In this document: positions 8,710-16,098 of the stretch, in pieces
How positions within the stretch are numbered: position 1 is the stretch's first letter
How the letters are laid out: every line of letters begins with the position of its first letter
DNA from: Candidatus Iainarchaeum sp.
GTDB taxonomy: Archaea > Iainarchaeota > Iainarchaeia > Iainarchaeales > GCA-2688035
Direction of reading: 5' to 3'
Length of the DNA: 32,000 nt
Assembly: GCA_028713935.1 (NCBI GenBank)
Contig: JAQTNI010000004.1
Span: 11,756 to 43,755 of the forward strand
Program-made: the position numbers and the translations under genes
Notes under the pieces: generated by a model
Told to the model about the DNA's origin: nothing
The model's database searches: none
The model's input: only the letters and a program-made list of their open reading frames with translations

Positions 8710-9350
8710 ACCTTTTTCCTTTCAAATTTTACTTCCCGGCTTTTTTCATCCAGTTCAAGCAACAATGCATTGCCGTCTTTTACTGGGCCTGCATTGATGC
8801 AGATTGTTTTCCCTATTTTGTCTTCGCCTGCCGCTTCATGGCAGTGCCCGCACAGGTTCACAATGGGTGAAAATTCCTCGATTATTTTTCTCACTGCCTC
8901 AGAGCCAATGTGAACGCCATTGCCCGACAAATCAATTTTCGTGTTTATGGGGGGAAGATGCGTGCACAAAACAATGTTTTTTTCGCCTTTGCACAATTTT
9001 TTTAATTCAGAAAAAATTTTTTCTTCTGAAGAATTTGTTTCTCCGGCATCTCCTGTTTTGCCGCCTCCGAAGCCAATGAATGCAAACCCTGAAATTTTTT
9101 TCTTTTTTGCGTGCAGGGAAATTCCTTTTTCTTCAAATGTTTCAAGCACTTCTTTTGTGTCAACATTGCCTGGCAAAGCAAGAATTTTTGGAAACCCGAT
9201 TGTTTCAATTATTTTTTTGGTGTCGCTTATTCCGCCATAATGCGTGTTGTCGCCAAGCAAAACAACCAAATCAACGCCTTTGGCGTGCTTTAATGCCTTT
9301 TCAAGCATTTTCAAGTCGGAATGAATGTCAGCAAAAACAGCAATTTTCAT
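8700..9350 (-). CDS. Calcineurin-like metallophosphoesterase (MJ0936/YfcE-like)
   Basis: Motifs ADIHSD, LGDNTHYG, PGNVD, CTHLPP and CGHCHE appear in canonical order. The start is placed at ATG 9350 (MKIAVFADIH). The 30 codons upstream in the track ORF cover a conserved non-coding element. Confidence 0.85.
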   Translation of the reverse strand: MKIAVFADIHSDLKMLEKALKHAKGVDLVVLLGDNTHYGGISDTKKIIETIGFPKILALPGNVDTKEVLETFEEKGISLHAKKKKISGFAFIGFGGGKTGDAGETNSSEEKIFSELKKLCKGEKNIVLCTHLPPINTKIDLSGNGVHIGSEAVRKIIEEFSPIVNLCGHCHEAAGEDKIGKTICINAGPVKDGNALLLELDEKSREVKFERKKVWQ

Positions 9351-9354
9351 AATA

Positions 9355-9445
9355 CCGCCCTTTTCTTTTTCTTTACAAGAAAAATAAAAGTATAGGGTGC
9401 CCAAAAGAAAAAGAACCCTAAACTTTTGATAAACAAACAATCACT
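9355..9445 (-). repeat. Copy A of a conserved ~85-90 nt non-coding leader element (Py tract / GGGCACC spacer / Py tract / 3-nt loop / Pu tract)
   Basis: Aligns position by position with 30205-30289, differing mainly by 1-nt indels in homopolymer runs that shift the reading frame. Contains a 14-bp hairpin with one mismatch at 9360-9390. On the minus strand it ends 9 nt upstream of the phosphoesterase ATG. Confidence 0.7.
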
Positions 9446-9507
9446 GTTCAATAATAACCTTTTTAATGATTTATTTTTATTAAATAATCGTCAGGTTGCG
9501 TTTTTAA

Positions 9508-10323
9508 TTGTTAAAGGGGTTTAATTTGTCCAAAGTTTTTTTTGTCAAAGGGGCTTTTTTTGTTTTTGCAGCAATAATGCTTTTTTCAGCTGCAAGCGCG
9601 TCCATCAGCGTTGTCCTGCCTGTCGATGTCAGGCTTGAGAACAAGGACGAATTTCAATTGGGAAATGTCGCCGTAGGGGAAACCTTCAGCGTTGTTATAC
9701 AAAAAAAATCCGGCAATGGTTTTGACTGGGATTCGCTTTCAGTAAATGGCCCTAACAGCTGGATTGTGAATTACAGGCTGAGCGACAAAACACTGATTGC
9801 TGACATTTCAATTCCTGGAAATGCACCTGAAGCAACTTCGATTTTGACATTTACTCTTTCTTCCTCTGAAAGGCCTTTGGCCAGCGAATCGTTCAAGGGA
9901 ATAGTTAATGTAAGGAAAAGCCTTTTGGCAGTCACAATGGATGACTTAAAACAGTTTGCCGCTGTCGGAGGCAATGTTTCCTACAGGTTTGTCGCAAGCA
10001 ACGATTCAATTGCAGAGCACAGGATTTCAATTGAATCTTCTTTGCCGAATTACTGGTTTGAACCAAAAGAGGTAATCCTTCAGCCAAAGCAGAAGCAGGA
10101 ACTTGCCCTCAATTTGACTCCAAGGGCAGATGGTTCGCGCAATTTTTCCTTTTTTGTCAAATCAAGGCAGAATTCCTTTTCAAAGTCTTTTAATGCTGAA
10201 CTGGATGTTTCTTCCACTCTCCAGGGAAAAATTTCAGCGCCTGCCTATGCCTTCCCGTTTTTTTCCTTTTCCAACTTTGCCTTTTACCTTTTCAATTCTC
10301 TCTGGGTAACGCCCTACCCATGA
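9508..10323 (+). CDS. Secreted/membrane-anchored hypothetical protein with Ig-like (CARDB/NEW3-like) beta-rich domains
   Basis: N-terminal hydrophobic signal (FFVFAAIMLFSAASA), a beta-rich S/T/N-rich body, and a hydrophobic aromatic C-terminal tail. It has a TTG start; an alternative TTG lies at 9526. Confidence 0.65.
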   Translation: MLKGFNLSKVFFVKGAFFVFAAIMLFSAASASISVVLPVDVRLENKDEFQLGNVAVGETFSVVIQKKSGNGFDWDSLSVNGPNSWIVNYRLSDKTLIADISIPGNAPEATSILTFTLSSSERPLASESFKGIVNVRKSLLAVTMDDLKQFAAVGGNVSYRFVASNDSIAEHRISIESSLPNYWFEPKEVILQPKQKQELALNLTPRADGSRNFSFFVKSRQNSFSKSFNAELDVSSTLQGKISAPAYAFPFFSFSNFAFYLFNSLWVTPYP

Positions 10324-10370
10324 ACAATTCTTAAATAATTCCTGTTTTTTATTAGTTAAAAGGTTTTTTT

Positions 10371-11948
10371 TTGTCCTCTGTAAAAAAATTTTCAAGGCAG
10401 ATAATTGCACTGGTTGAAGAAGGCAAAATAAAAAACAAGCAGGAGCTTAATAAAAAAAAGCTTTTTTTGTGCAAAAAATTTTTTTTGAAACAGGTGCCTT
10501 CAAACCCGGATATCCTGGCTTTTGCGAAAAACCCAAGCGCTGCAACAAGGCGCATTCTCGGGATAAAGCCGACAAGAACCCTTTCCGGAATTGCAATTGT
10601 GGCATTAATGCCCCCGCCTTCAAACTGCCCTGGCAAATGCATTTATTGCCCCAATTCTTTGATAAAAGAAAAAACACCAAAAAGTTATACTGGCAGGGAA
10701 CCTGCAACAATGCGCGCAGTAATGTCCGGTTTCAGCGCAAAAAAACAAATTTTTGCAAGGCTGAAATCACTGGAAGAAACAGGGCATAACACTGGCAAAA
10801 TTGAATTGGTTGTAATGGGCGGGACTTTTTTGGCTTCCCCTCTTCCAAAGCAAAAAAAATTTGTTCTGGACTGCCTGAACACTGTTTCAGGAAAAAAAAC
10901 TGTTTCGCTTGAAAAGGCGCGCCTCTTTTCCGAAAAATCAGAAAAGCGCATTGTGGGAATGGCTTTTGAAACAAGGCCTGATTTTTGCGGAAAAAAAGAA
11001 ATTGGCAATATGCTTTCTTTTGGAGCCACGCGCGTTGAGCTTGGAGTCCAAAATGTTTTTGACGATGTTTACAAAAAAATAAACAGGGGACATTCAGTTG
11101 CGGATGTTGCAAAAGCAACCCAATTGCTCAAAGATTCTTCTTTCAAAGTAACCTATCATTTCATGCCGGGCCTGCCTGGCAGTTCTTTCAAGAGGGATTT
11201 GCTTGGAATAAAAAAAATTTTTTCAGAACAACAATTCAGGCCTGATTCATTGAAAATTTATCCCTGCCTTGTAATTGAAGGCACAGAGCTTTTTGAGCAA
11301 TGGAAAAAAGGCCTTTTTGAGCCGCTTTCAACTGAAAGTGCTGTGAGGCTTGTTTCAAAAATAAAGGAATTTGTGCCTTCTTATGCGAGAATAATGCGGG
11401 TGCAGAGGGACATTCCCCATACTCTTGTAAAGGCGGGAGTGCAGAAAACAAATTTGAGGCAGCTTGTTGCAGACCACATGCACAAAACTGGCAGAAAGTG
11501 CAATTGCATCCGCTGCAGGGAAGCAGGCTTGCTTTCCCTCAAAAATGAGCCTGTTTCTTTTCTGGAAAAGGGAAAAATTTTTGTTGAGCCTTATGATGCG
11601 AGCAATGGAAAAGAATTTTTTATTTCTTTTGAAAATCCTTCAAAAAGCGTTTTGTATGGGTTTGCAAGATTAAGAATTCCTTTTCAGCCTTTTCGAAAAG
11701 AAATTTCAGCCGAAACCGCTGTTATCCGCGAGCTGAGGGTTTTTGGAGAATCCCTGCCATTGGCTTCTTCAGAGCCATCTGCTTTCCAGCACAAGGGCCT
11801 TGGAAAAATGCTTTTGCAGAAAGCAGGGGAAATTGCGCTTTCTCAGGATTCAAAAAAGCTCCTTGTAATTTCCGGCTTGGGCGTGAAACAATATTACTTT
11901 TCGCTTGGCTTTGAAAGTGATGGCTTTTTTGTTTCAAAAAAACTCTGA
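10371..11948 (+). CDS. elp3: Elp3-type tRNA U34 modification enzyme (radical SAM + GNAT)
   Basis: Radical-SAM cluster motif CPGKCIYCP, followed by the Elp3 core (VMGGTF, FETRPD, RVELGVQ). The C-terminal GNAT motif is HKGLGKMLL. It has a TTG start with no nearby in-frame ATG. Confidence 0.9.
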   Translation: MSSVKKFSRQIIALVEEGKIKNKQELNKKKLFLCKKFFLKQVPSNPDILAFAKNPSAATRRILGIKPTRTLSGIAIVALMPPPSNCPGKCIYCPNSLIKEKTPKSYTGREPATMRAVMSGFSAKKQIFARLKSLEETGHNTGKIELVVMGGTFLASPLPKQKKFVLDCLNTVSGKKTVSLEKARLFSEKSEKRIVGMAFETRPDFCGKKEIGNMLSFGATRVELGVQNVFDDVYKKINRGHSVADVAKATQLLKDSSFKVTYHFMPGLPGSSFKRDLLGIKKIFSEQQFRPDSLKIYPCLVIEGTELFEQWKKGLFEPLSTESAVRLVSKIKEFVPSYARIMRVQRDIPHTLVKAGVQKTNLRQLVADHMHKTGRKCNCIRCREAGLLSLKNEPVSFLEKGKIFVEPYDASNGKEFFISFENPSKSVLYGFARLRIPFQPFRKEISAETAVIRELRVFGESLPLASSEPSAFQHKGLGKMLLQKAGEIALSQDSKKLLVISGLGVKQYYFSLGFESDGFFVSKKL

Positions 11949-11997
11949 TTTTTGCCTTGGGAAAAAATAATTAAGCCCATTGCACTTATTTTACTGC

Positions 11998-12306
11998 ATG
12001 CCTGCACAGGATGACTGGGTTGTTTTTTTGGAATCAAACCCGGTTTATTGGAAAATTTCCCAGTCCAAAATAATGGTTAATATTTTGAAAGAATTTGCAA
12101 ATGAAGCGCTTACTCTTGAAGCGCTTTATTTCAAGAATCCCAAAATGCCTTTGCCTGAGCTTGAGGAAATCCTTAACACTTTTGTTTCAGTAAGGCTTGT
12201 TGTAAAACGCATGATTGCAGGCACAATTGTTTTTGCCTTGACTGCAGAAGGAAAAAAATTTTTGGAATTATACAAAAAAGCCGAAAAATCTTTTACCATA
12301 AAATAG
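11998..12306 (+). CDS. Small hypothetical protein, probably a winged-helix fold
   Basis: ATG 11998 (MPAQDD...). The pattern ILKEF..EALTLEAL....LPELEEILNTFVSVRLVVKRMIAGTIVFALTAEGKKFLELY looks like helix-turn-helix plus a beta wing. Confidence 0.5.
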   Translation: MPAQDDWVVFLESNPVYWKISQSKIMVNILKEFANEALTLEALYFKNPKMPLPELEEILNTFVSVRLVVKRMIAGTIVFALTAEGKKFLELYKKAEKSFTIK

Positions 12307-12392
12307 GCTTTTTCAAAGCAAATTGCCCGGGTTCTTACTAATTTATAATAATTATCAATTATAGAATAAATTAATTAATAATCAATTTTTGG

Positions 12393-12749
12393 GTGTTTTT
12401 TGTGTCAAAATCCTTGATTGCGGTTTTAGGCGCGGGAAAAGGGACCTGGGGTCATATTAACAGGCTTATTTCAGAAGAAGAATGGAGCAAGGCAATTCTA
12501 ATTTCAAACGAATGGGGCCAGCAGAATTTTTCAGCCGCAAAGCCAGTTGAATGGGTTCTTGTAAACAACCGTTCAGGCTTTGAAGTGTTGAAAAATGCGA
12601 TAATGGAAAAGCTGCCTGAAGACGAAATCTGCGTTTCTCTTGTGTCAGGCAGCGGAAAAGAGCACATGGCAGTGCTTGCTGCCCTTAAAGAGGCAAAAAA
12701 AAATTACAAGCTTGTAATTCTTACTGGGCAAGGCACTAAGTATTATTAA
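12393..12749 (+). CDS. Small Rossmann-like hypothetical protein (118 aa), weakly CARF-like
   Basis: Beta strand plus Gly-rich loop LIAVLGAGKGTWG near the N-terminus. A second strand-loop-helix, CVSLVSGSGKEHMAVLAAL, resembles the DxTGGTK-type motif of some CARF-like Rossmann domains. It has a GTG start, and 23 nt separate it from the next gene. Confidence 0.55.
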   Translation: MFFVSKSLIAVLGAGKGTWGHINRLISEEEWSKAILISNEWGQQNFSAAKPVEWVLVNNRSGFEVLKNAIMEKLPEDEICVSLVSGSGKEHMAVLAALKEAKKNYKLVILTGQGTKYY

Positions 12750-12772
12750 TTCTTTGGCATTTCTAATTTTCC

Positions 12773-13132
12773 ATGCTTGAATGGATTCTTTTTTTGGCAA
12801 TTGTTGTCCTTGCTTTGTTTCTTGTTTTTTTGCTTTACAGGCTGCAATCCCTCAGGAATTCCCTTTCTGACCTTGAATTCAGGAAAGGCAGCCAGTCAGT
12901 AAAATATGGAAAACTTACTGAGCAATGGATTCCTTTTTCAGAAAAATTTCCCTTTCCAAGCAATAATTTTCGCTTCCTTGGAAACCCGATTGATGGCATT
13001 GCCTTTAATGATGACAAAATTGTTTTCTGCGAATTCAAGGCAAATACAGCGGGATTGAGCGAAAAGCAGAAGCGCATAAGAGAATTAGTGCAGAACAAAA
13101 AAGTGGAATGGCTGGAGCTAAGAGTGGAATAA
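12773..13132 (+). CDS. Membrane-anchored endonuclease related to archaeal Holliday junction resolvase (COG4741/Endonuc_Holl-like, PD-(D/E)xK)
   Basis: N-terminal TM helix (ILFLAIVVLALFLVFLLY). This is followed by GKLTEQWIPFSEKFPF...FRFLGNPIDGIAF...IVFCEFKANTAGLSEKQKRIRELV, which contains a D...ExK nuclease core. Confidence 0.72.
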   Translation: MLEWILFLAIVVLALFLVFLLYRLQSLRNSLSDLEFRKGSQSVKYGKLTEQWIPFSEKFPFPSNNFRFLGNPIDGIAFNDDKIVFCEFKANTAGLSEKQKRIRELVQNKKVEWLELRVE

Positions 13133-14668
13133 TCATTCATAAGCCCTTTTTGTTTCTCCCTTGCTATAGTTTTCCCAGGCTGTTTTTTCAAGCTTTTCAC
13201 CAAAAGAAGTTGGATACCTGCCGTTTAAGCATGCCATGCACAAATCACTGCTTCCTGTTTCCAAGCCTATTCCTTTTACAAGGCCCTCAATTGGCTGGTA
13301 TGCAAGCGAATCAGCCCCCATGTGTTGCCTGATTTTTTCAAGCTCGCTTTCCGACAATTCAACCTGAATATTTTCAAGTGCAATGCCTTTTTTTGGTGCA
13401 GCAATAAATTCCCCAAATGTTGACATGTCAATTCCATAAAAACAGGGAAACCTTATGGGTGGGCAGCTTACCCTTACATGGACTTCTTTTGCTTTTCCTG
13501 TTTCCTTTATGTATTTTACAATTGCCTTTGTAGTGGTGCCCCTTACAATGCTGTCTTCCACTAAAATGACTTTTTTTCCGCTGACAACTTTTTTGTTTAT
13601 CCCGTATTTTTCCCTTGCTTTTTCAAACCTGTTATCCCCTTCTATGAAGGTTCTTCCCACATACCTGTTCCTGATTATGCCTTCCCTGCTTGGCGCGCCA
13701 AGTGAAAAGGCAAGCGCGTCTGCAGCCGGTTTTGCAGTGTCAGGCACTGGAACAACAATGTGCTCTTCTGAAATTTTTTCTGTTTCAATTTTTGCCAGTT
13801 CTTCTCCCAGGGCATAGCGTGCATTGTAAACATTGACTCCCTCTATTTCCGAGGCAATGTTTGCAAAATAAACCCATTCAAACATGCAATGCGCTTTTCT
13901 CTGGCTTTTGCAGAACCATTTTTTTTCAATGCAGCCATTGTGCATTTCAATCAGGGCGCCCGGCTTTACTGTTTCAAATTTTTCAATGCCAATGCTTTCA
14001 AGCGAAGCGCTTTCGCTTGCAGCCGCAATAACTCCGTCTTTTTTTCCTATGACAAGCGGCTTGAACCCAAGATGGTCTCTTGCAACAACTGTTTCGCCTT
14101 CGGCATTTACAAAGGCAATGCTGTAAGCCCCGTCAAGTGCAGGGTGCAAGCTGGAAAAAACATCCACTATTTTTGGCCTGGAATCCCCCCTGCAGCCTCT
14201 TGCAAGAAAGTGCATCATCAGTTCAGTGTCATTATCAAGGACAAAATGATACTGGTTTTTTTCCAGGTCTTTTTTTAATTCTGAAAAATTTGCAATGTTT
14301 CCGTTAAAGCAAAAGCTGAACCATTTCCATTTTCTGCCGTGTTTTCTTTCAAAGGGCTGTGCAAAAGCCTTTTTGTTGCCGCCAAAGGTTGAATACCTTA
14401 AATGCCCAATCCCCTTTGAACCAAAAAATTTTTTCATTGTGCCATTAAAAGCAGCAGTGTTCTGGACTTTGAAAACCTCATTTACAAGGCCTGTTTCCCT
14501 GAGAGTGCTCAGCAACTTTTTTTTTGAAGTGTTGAAAGTAGTTATTCCCGCGCTTAGCTGGCCCCTGTTTTGTTCCTGCAAAAGCATTTTGTACAAATAG
14601 TAAGCTGCATTTTCCTTTTCAGGAACGCAGGCAGCCGCAATTCCGCATTCTTCCTTTGCTTCTCCCAT
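13133..14668 (-). CDS. purF: Amidophosphoribosyltransferase (glutamine PRPP amidotransferase)
   Basis: A short propeptide precedes the nucleophile Cys (MGEAKEE|CGIAAA). Ntn glutaminase domain is present. PRPP-binding motif is VILVEDSIVRGTT. The C-terminal Cys residues are consistent with an Fe-S type PurF. Confidence 0.9.
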   Translation of the reverse strand: MGEAKEECGIAAACVPEKENAAYYLYKMLLQEQNRGQLSAGITTFNTSKKKLLSTLRETGLVNEVFKVQNTAAFNGTMKKFFGSKGIGHLRYSTFGGNKKAFAQPFERKHGRKWKWFSFCFNGNIANFSELKKDLEKNQYHFVLDNDTELMMHFLARGCRGDSRPKIVDVFSSLHPALDGAYSIAFVNAEGETVVARDHLGFKPLVIGKKDGVIAAASESASLESIGIEKFETVKPGALIEMHNGCIEKKWFCKSQRKAHCMFEWVYFANIASEIEGVNVYNARYALGEELAKIETEKISEEHIVVPVPDTAKPAADALAFSLGAPSREGIIRNRYVGRTFIEGDNRFEKAREKYGINKKVVSGKKVILVEDSIVRGTTTKAIVKYIKETGKAKEVHVRVSCPPIRFPCFYGIDMSTFGEFIAAPKKGIALENIQVELSESELEKIRQHMGADSLAYQPIEGLVKGIGLETGSSDLCMACLNGRYPTSFGEKLEKTAWENYSKGETKRAYE

Positions 14669-14708
14669 GTTACAACCCAAAAACAATAATACAATAAGAA
14701 TATGATTT

Positions 14709-15752
14709 TTAATACTGCAGTTTGAATTTTAAAATAGCAGCAATTCCGCCAAACCCTTCAAGTTTTTTTCCAGGTTCCTGTTCTGCATTGATTATGTGCA
14801 CAATGCCCTTGTTTTTTTCAGTTGCATCCATCAGGGAAATAATTTTTTCCCTGTTTTCAAAAAGCAGTTTGTCAAGCACAAGCAGTTCTTTTGCAGCGCC
14901 AAGTTCCACTGCTTTTTTCACCTGTTCAAATCCGTATTCCGCAAAACCAGTGTTTTTTCCCATGTTCAAAAGCAATTCTTCCAAAAGCCTTTCTTCAAGG
15001 ACAATCTGCTTTTGCCTTGAAATTTTGTCCAAAACATCGCTTTTCAATAATTCTCTCAGGCCAGTAATTCCAGTTGAATTTGTGCTTGCAAACAATGCCC
15101 CTGCAAAGCCTTTTTCCTGAAGCCATTTTTTCAAAGCATCTTTTTCAAAGCCAGGCCCTGCAAAAACAATTGTGCCCGCCTTGATTTCCTTTGCTTTTTG
15201 CAGGATTTCTGAAAAATATTTTTTTTGGGAGCCTTCTTCCTGTTCAAATCTTTTTCCTCTTGAAGAACCCCTTACAAGGCCTCTTGGTTCCAATTCAAAT
15301 TCCTTCAAGAGGCCAAAGCTTGCGCTTTCTTCATCCAGAACAATTAACAGTGTGTTTTCGCTTTGCGAAGCCTTTTTTGCCTTTTCAAGCCTTTCAACCT
15401 GGTAATTTTTCAATTCCTTTTTTTTGATTGAAACAGGCTTGTTTAATTCTATTTCAATTGTCTGGTGAGAGCCAAGCTCTTCAAATTCTGCAGGGGAACA
15501 TTCAACAAGCACTCCCTGTGCCCTTAATTGCCCTGAAAACCTGTGAAAATCAAGCTTTTCAATTTCAATTGAAACAAACAGCTTTACTCTTTCGGATTTT
15601 TGCTCAACATCCTTTGCCTTTATTCTCCTGTCAGTCTCTCCGCTGACCAAGTCTCCTTTTTCAATCACTTTTTCCAAATGCCACAAGTCATCTGCATTTT
15701 CTGGAACGACTTTTAGCAGATTAAGCTTCCTGTCAATTGAAAGAATTTTCAT
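14709..15752 (-). CDS. pelA: Pelota (aRF1-like mRNA surveillance / ribosome rescue factor)
   Basis: MKILSIDRKLNLLKVVPENADDLWHLEKVIEKGDLV is the typical Pelota N-terminal Sm-like domain. The eRF1-like central and C-terminal domains follow. The start is at ATG 15752. Confidence 0.9.
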   Translation of the reverse strand: MKILSIDRKLNLLKVVPENADDLWHLEKVIEKGDLVSGETDRRIKAKDVEQKSERVKLFVSIEIEKLDFHRFSGQLRAQGVLVECSPAEFEELGSHQTIEIELNKPVSIKKKELKNYQVERLEKAKKASQSENTLLIVLDEESASFGLLKEFELEPRGLVRGSSRGKRFEQEEGSQKKYFSEILQKAKEIKAGTIVFAGPGFEKDALKKWLQEKGFAGALFASTNSTGITGLRELLKSDVLDKISRQKQIVLEERLLEELLLNMGKNTGFAEYGFEQVKKAVELGAAKELLVLDKLLFENREKIISLMDATEKNKGIVHIINAEQEPGKKLEGFGGIAAILKFKLQY

Positions 15753-15835
15753 TTTCCCACAAAAAACAAGTGCAGGGAACAATTTAAAACTGTTTTAATG
15801 CACGATTATTTTGTTGCAAATTAACGTGATTTGAT

Positions 15836-15901
15836 ATGGCTGGTTTTACAAAAGGAAAGCAGCGAGTAGCTGTTGTTGACAAAGAAAAAGGTATCAATGG
15901 T
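15836..15901 (+). pseudogene. Diverged duplicate of the first 22 codons of abcE1 (non-functional 5' fragment)
   Basis: MAGFTKGKQRVAVVDKEKGING compared with MAGFSKGKMRVAVIDKDICING at 17527-17592: 16/22 aa and 46/66 nt identical by hand alignment. About 25 nt upstream are also similar, including a shared GTGATTT. The first Fe-S cysteine is lost, and the reading frame runs into unrelated hydrophobic sequence. Confidence 0.75.
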
Positions 15902-16046
15902 AGGTGTCATATTTGTTTTTTAATTGGGACAACGCTACTTTTTTTGTTATTTTCTTCCAATCTTCTCCGTCTCCAATTAACCAAATTTTTTCTTAGGGCT
16001 CGAATTTCATTAGCTTTGACGGCAATTGCCGTTTAGCGAGGAAGAT

Positions 16047-16098
16047 TTATAAATACTATTAATTTACTATTGATAGTAATCAATAGTAATTGATAGTG
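16047..16098 (+). promoter_or_regulatory. TATA-like box plus nested inverted and direct repeats upstream of the AlbA_2 gene
   Basis: TTTATAAATA lies at 16047-16056. The inverted repeat CTATTGAT (16067-16074) / ATCAATAG (16079-16086) has a 4-nt spacer. The direct repeat ATTGATAGT occurs at 16069-16077 and 16089-16097, 20 nt apart. The GTG start is at 16098. Confidence 0.4.

Noticed and set aside
9351-9440. 30-codon N-terminal extension (TTG start) of the metallophosphoesterase
   Set aside because: The extension coincides with the conserved non-coding element, whose second copy differs by frame-shifting indels. The canonical MKIAVFADIH start at 9350 matches the family N-terminus.
15902-16036. 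Remainder of the 66-aa ORF that begins with the abcE1-like MAGFTKGK...
   Set aside because: Similarity to ABCE1 stops after codon 22. The rest is hydrophobic read-through into non-coding DNA. It is treated as a gene fragment rather than a functional small protein.
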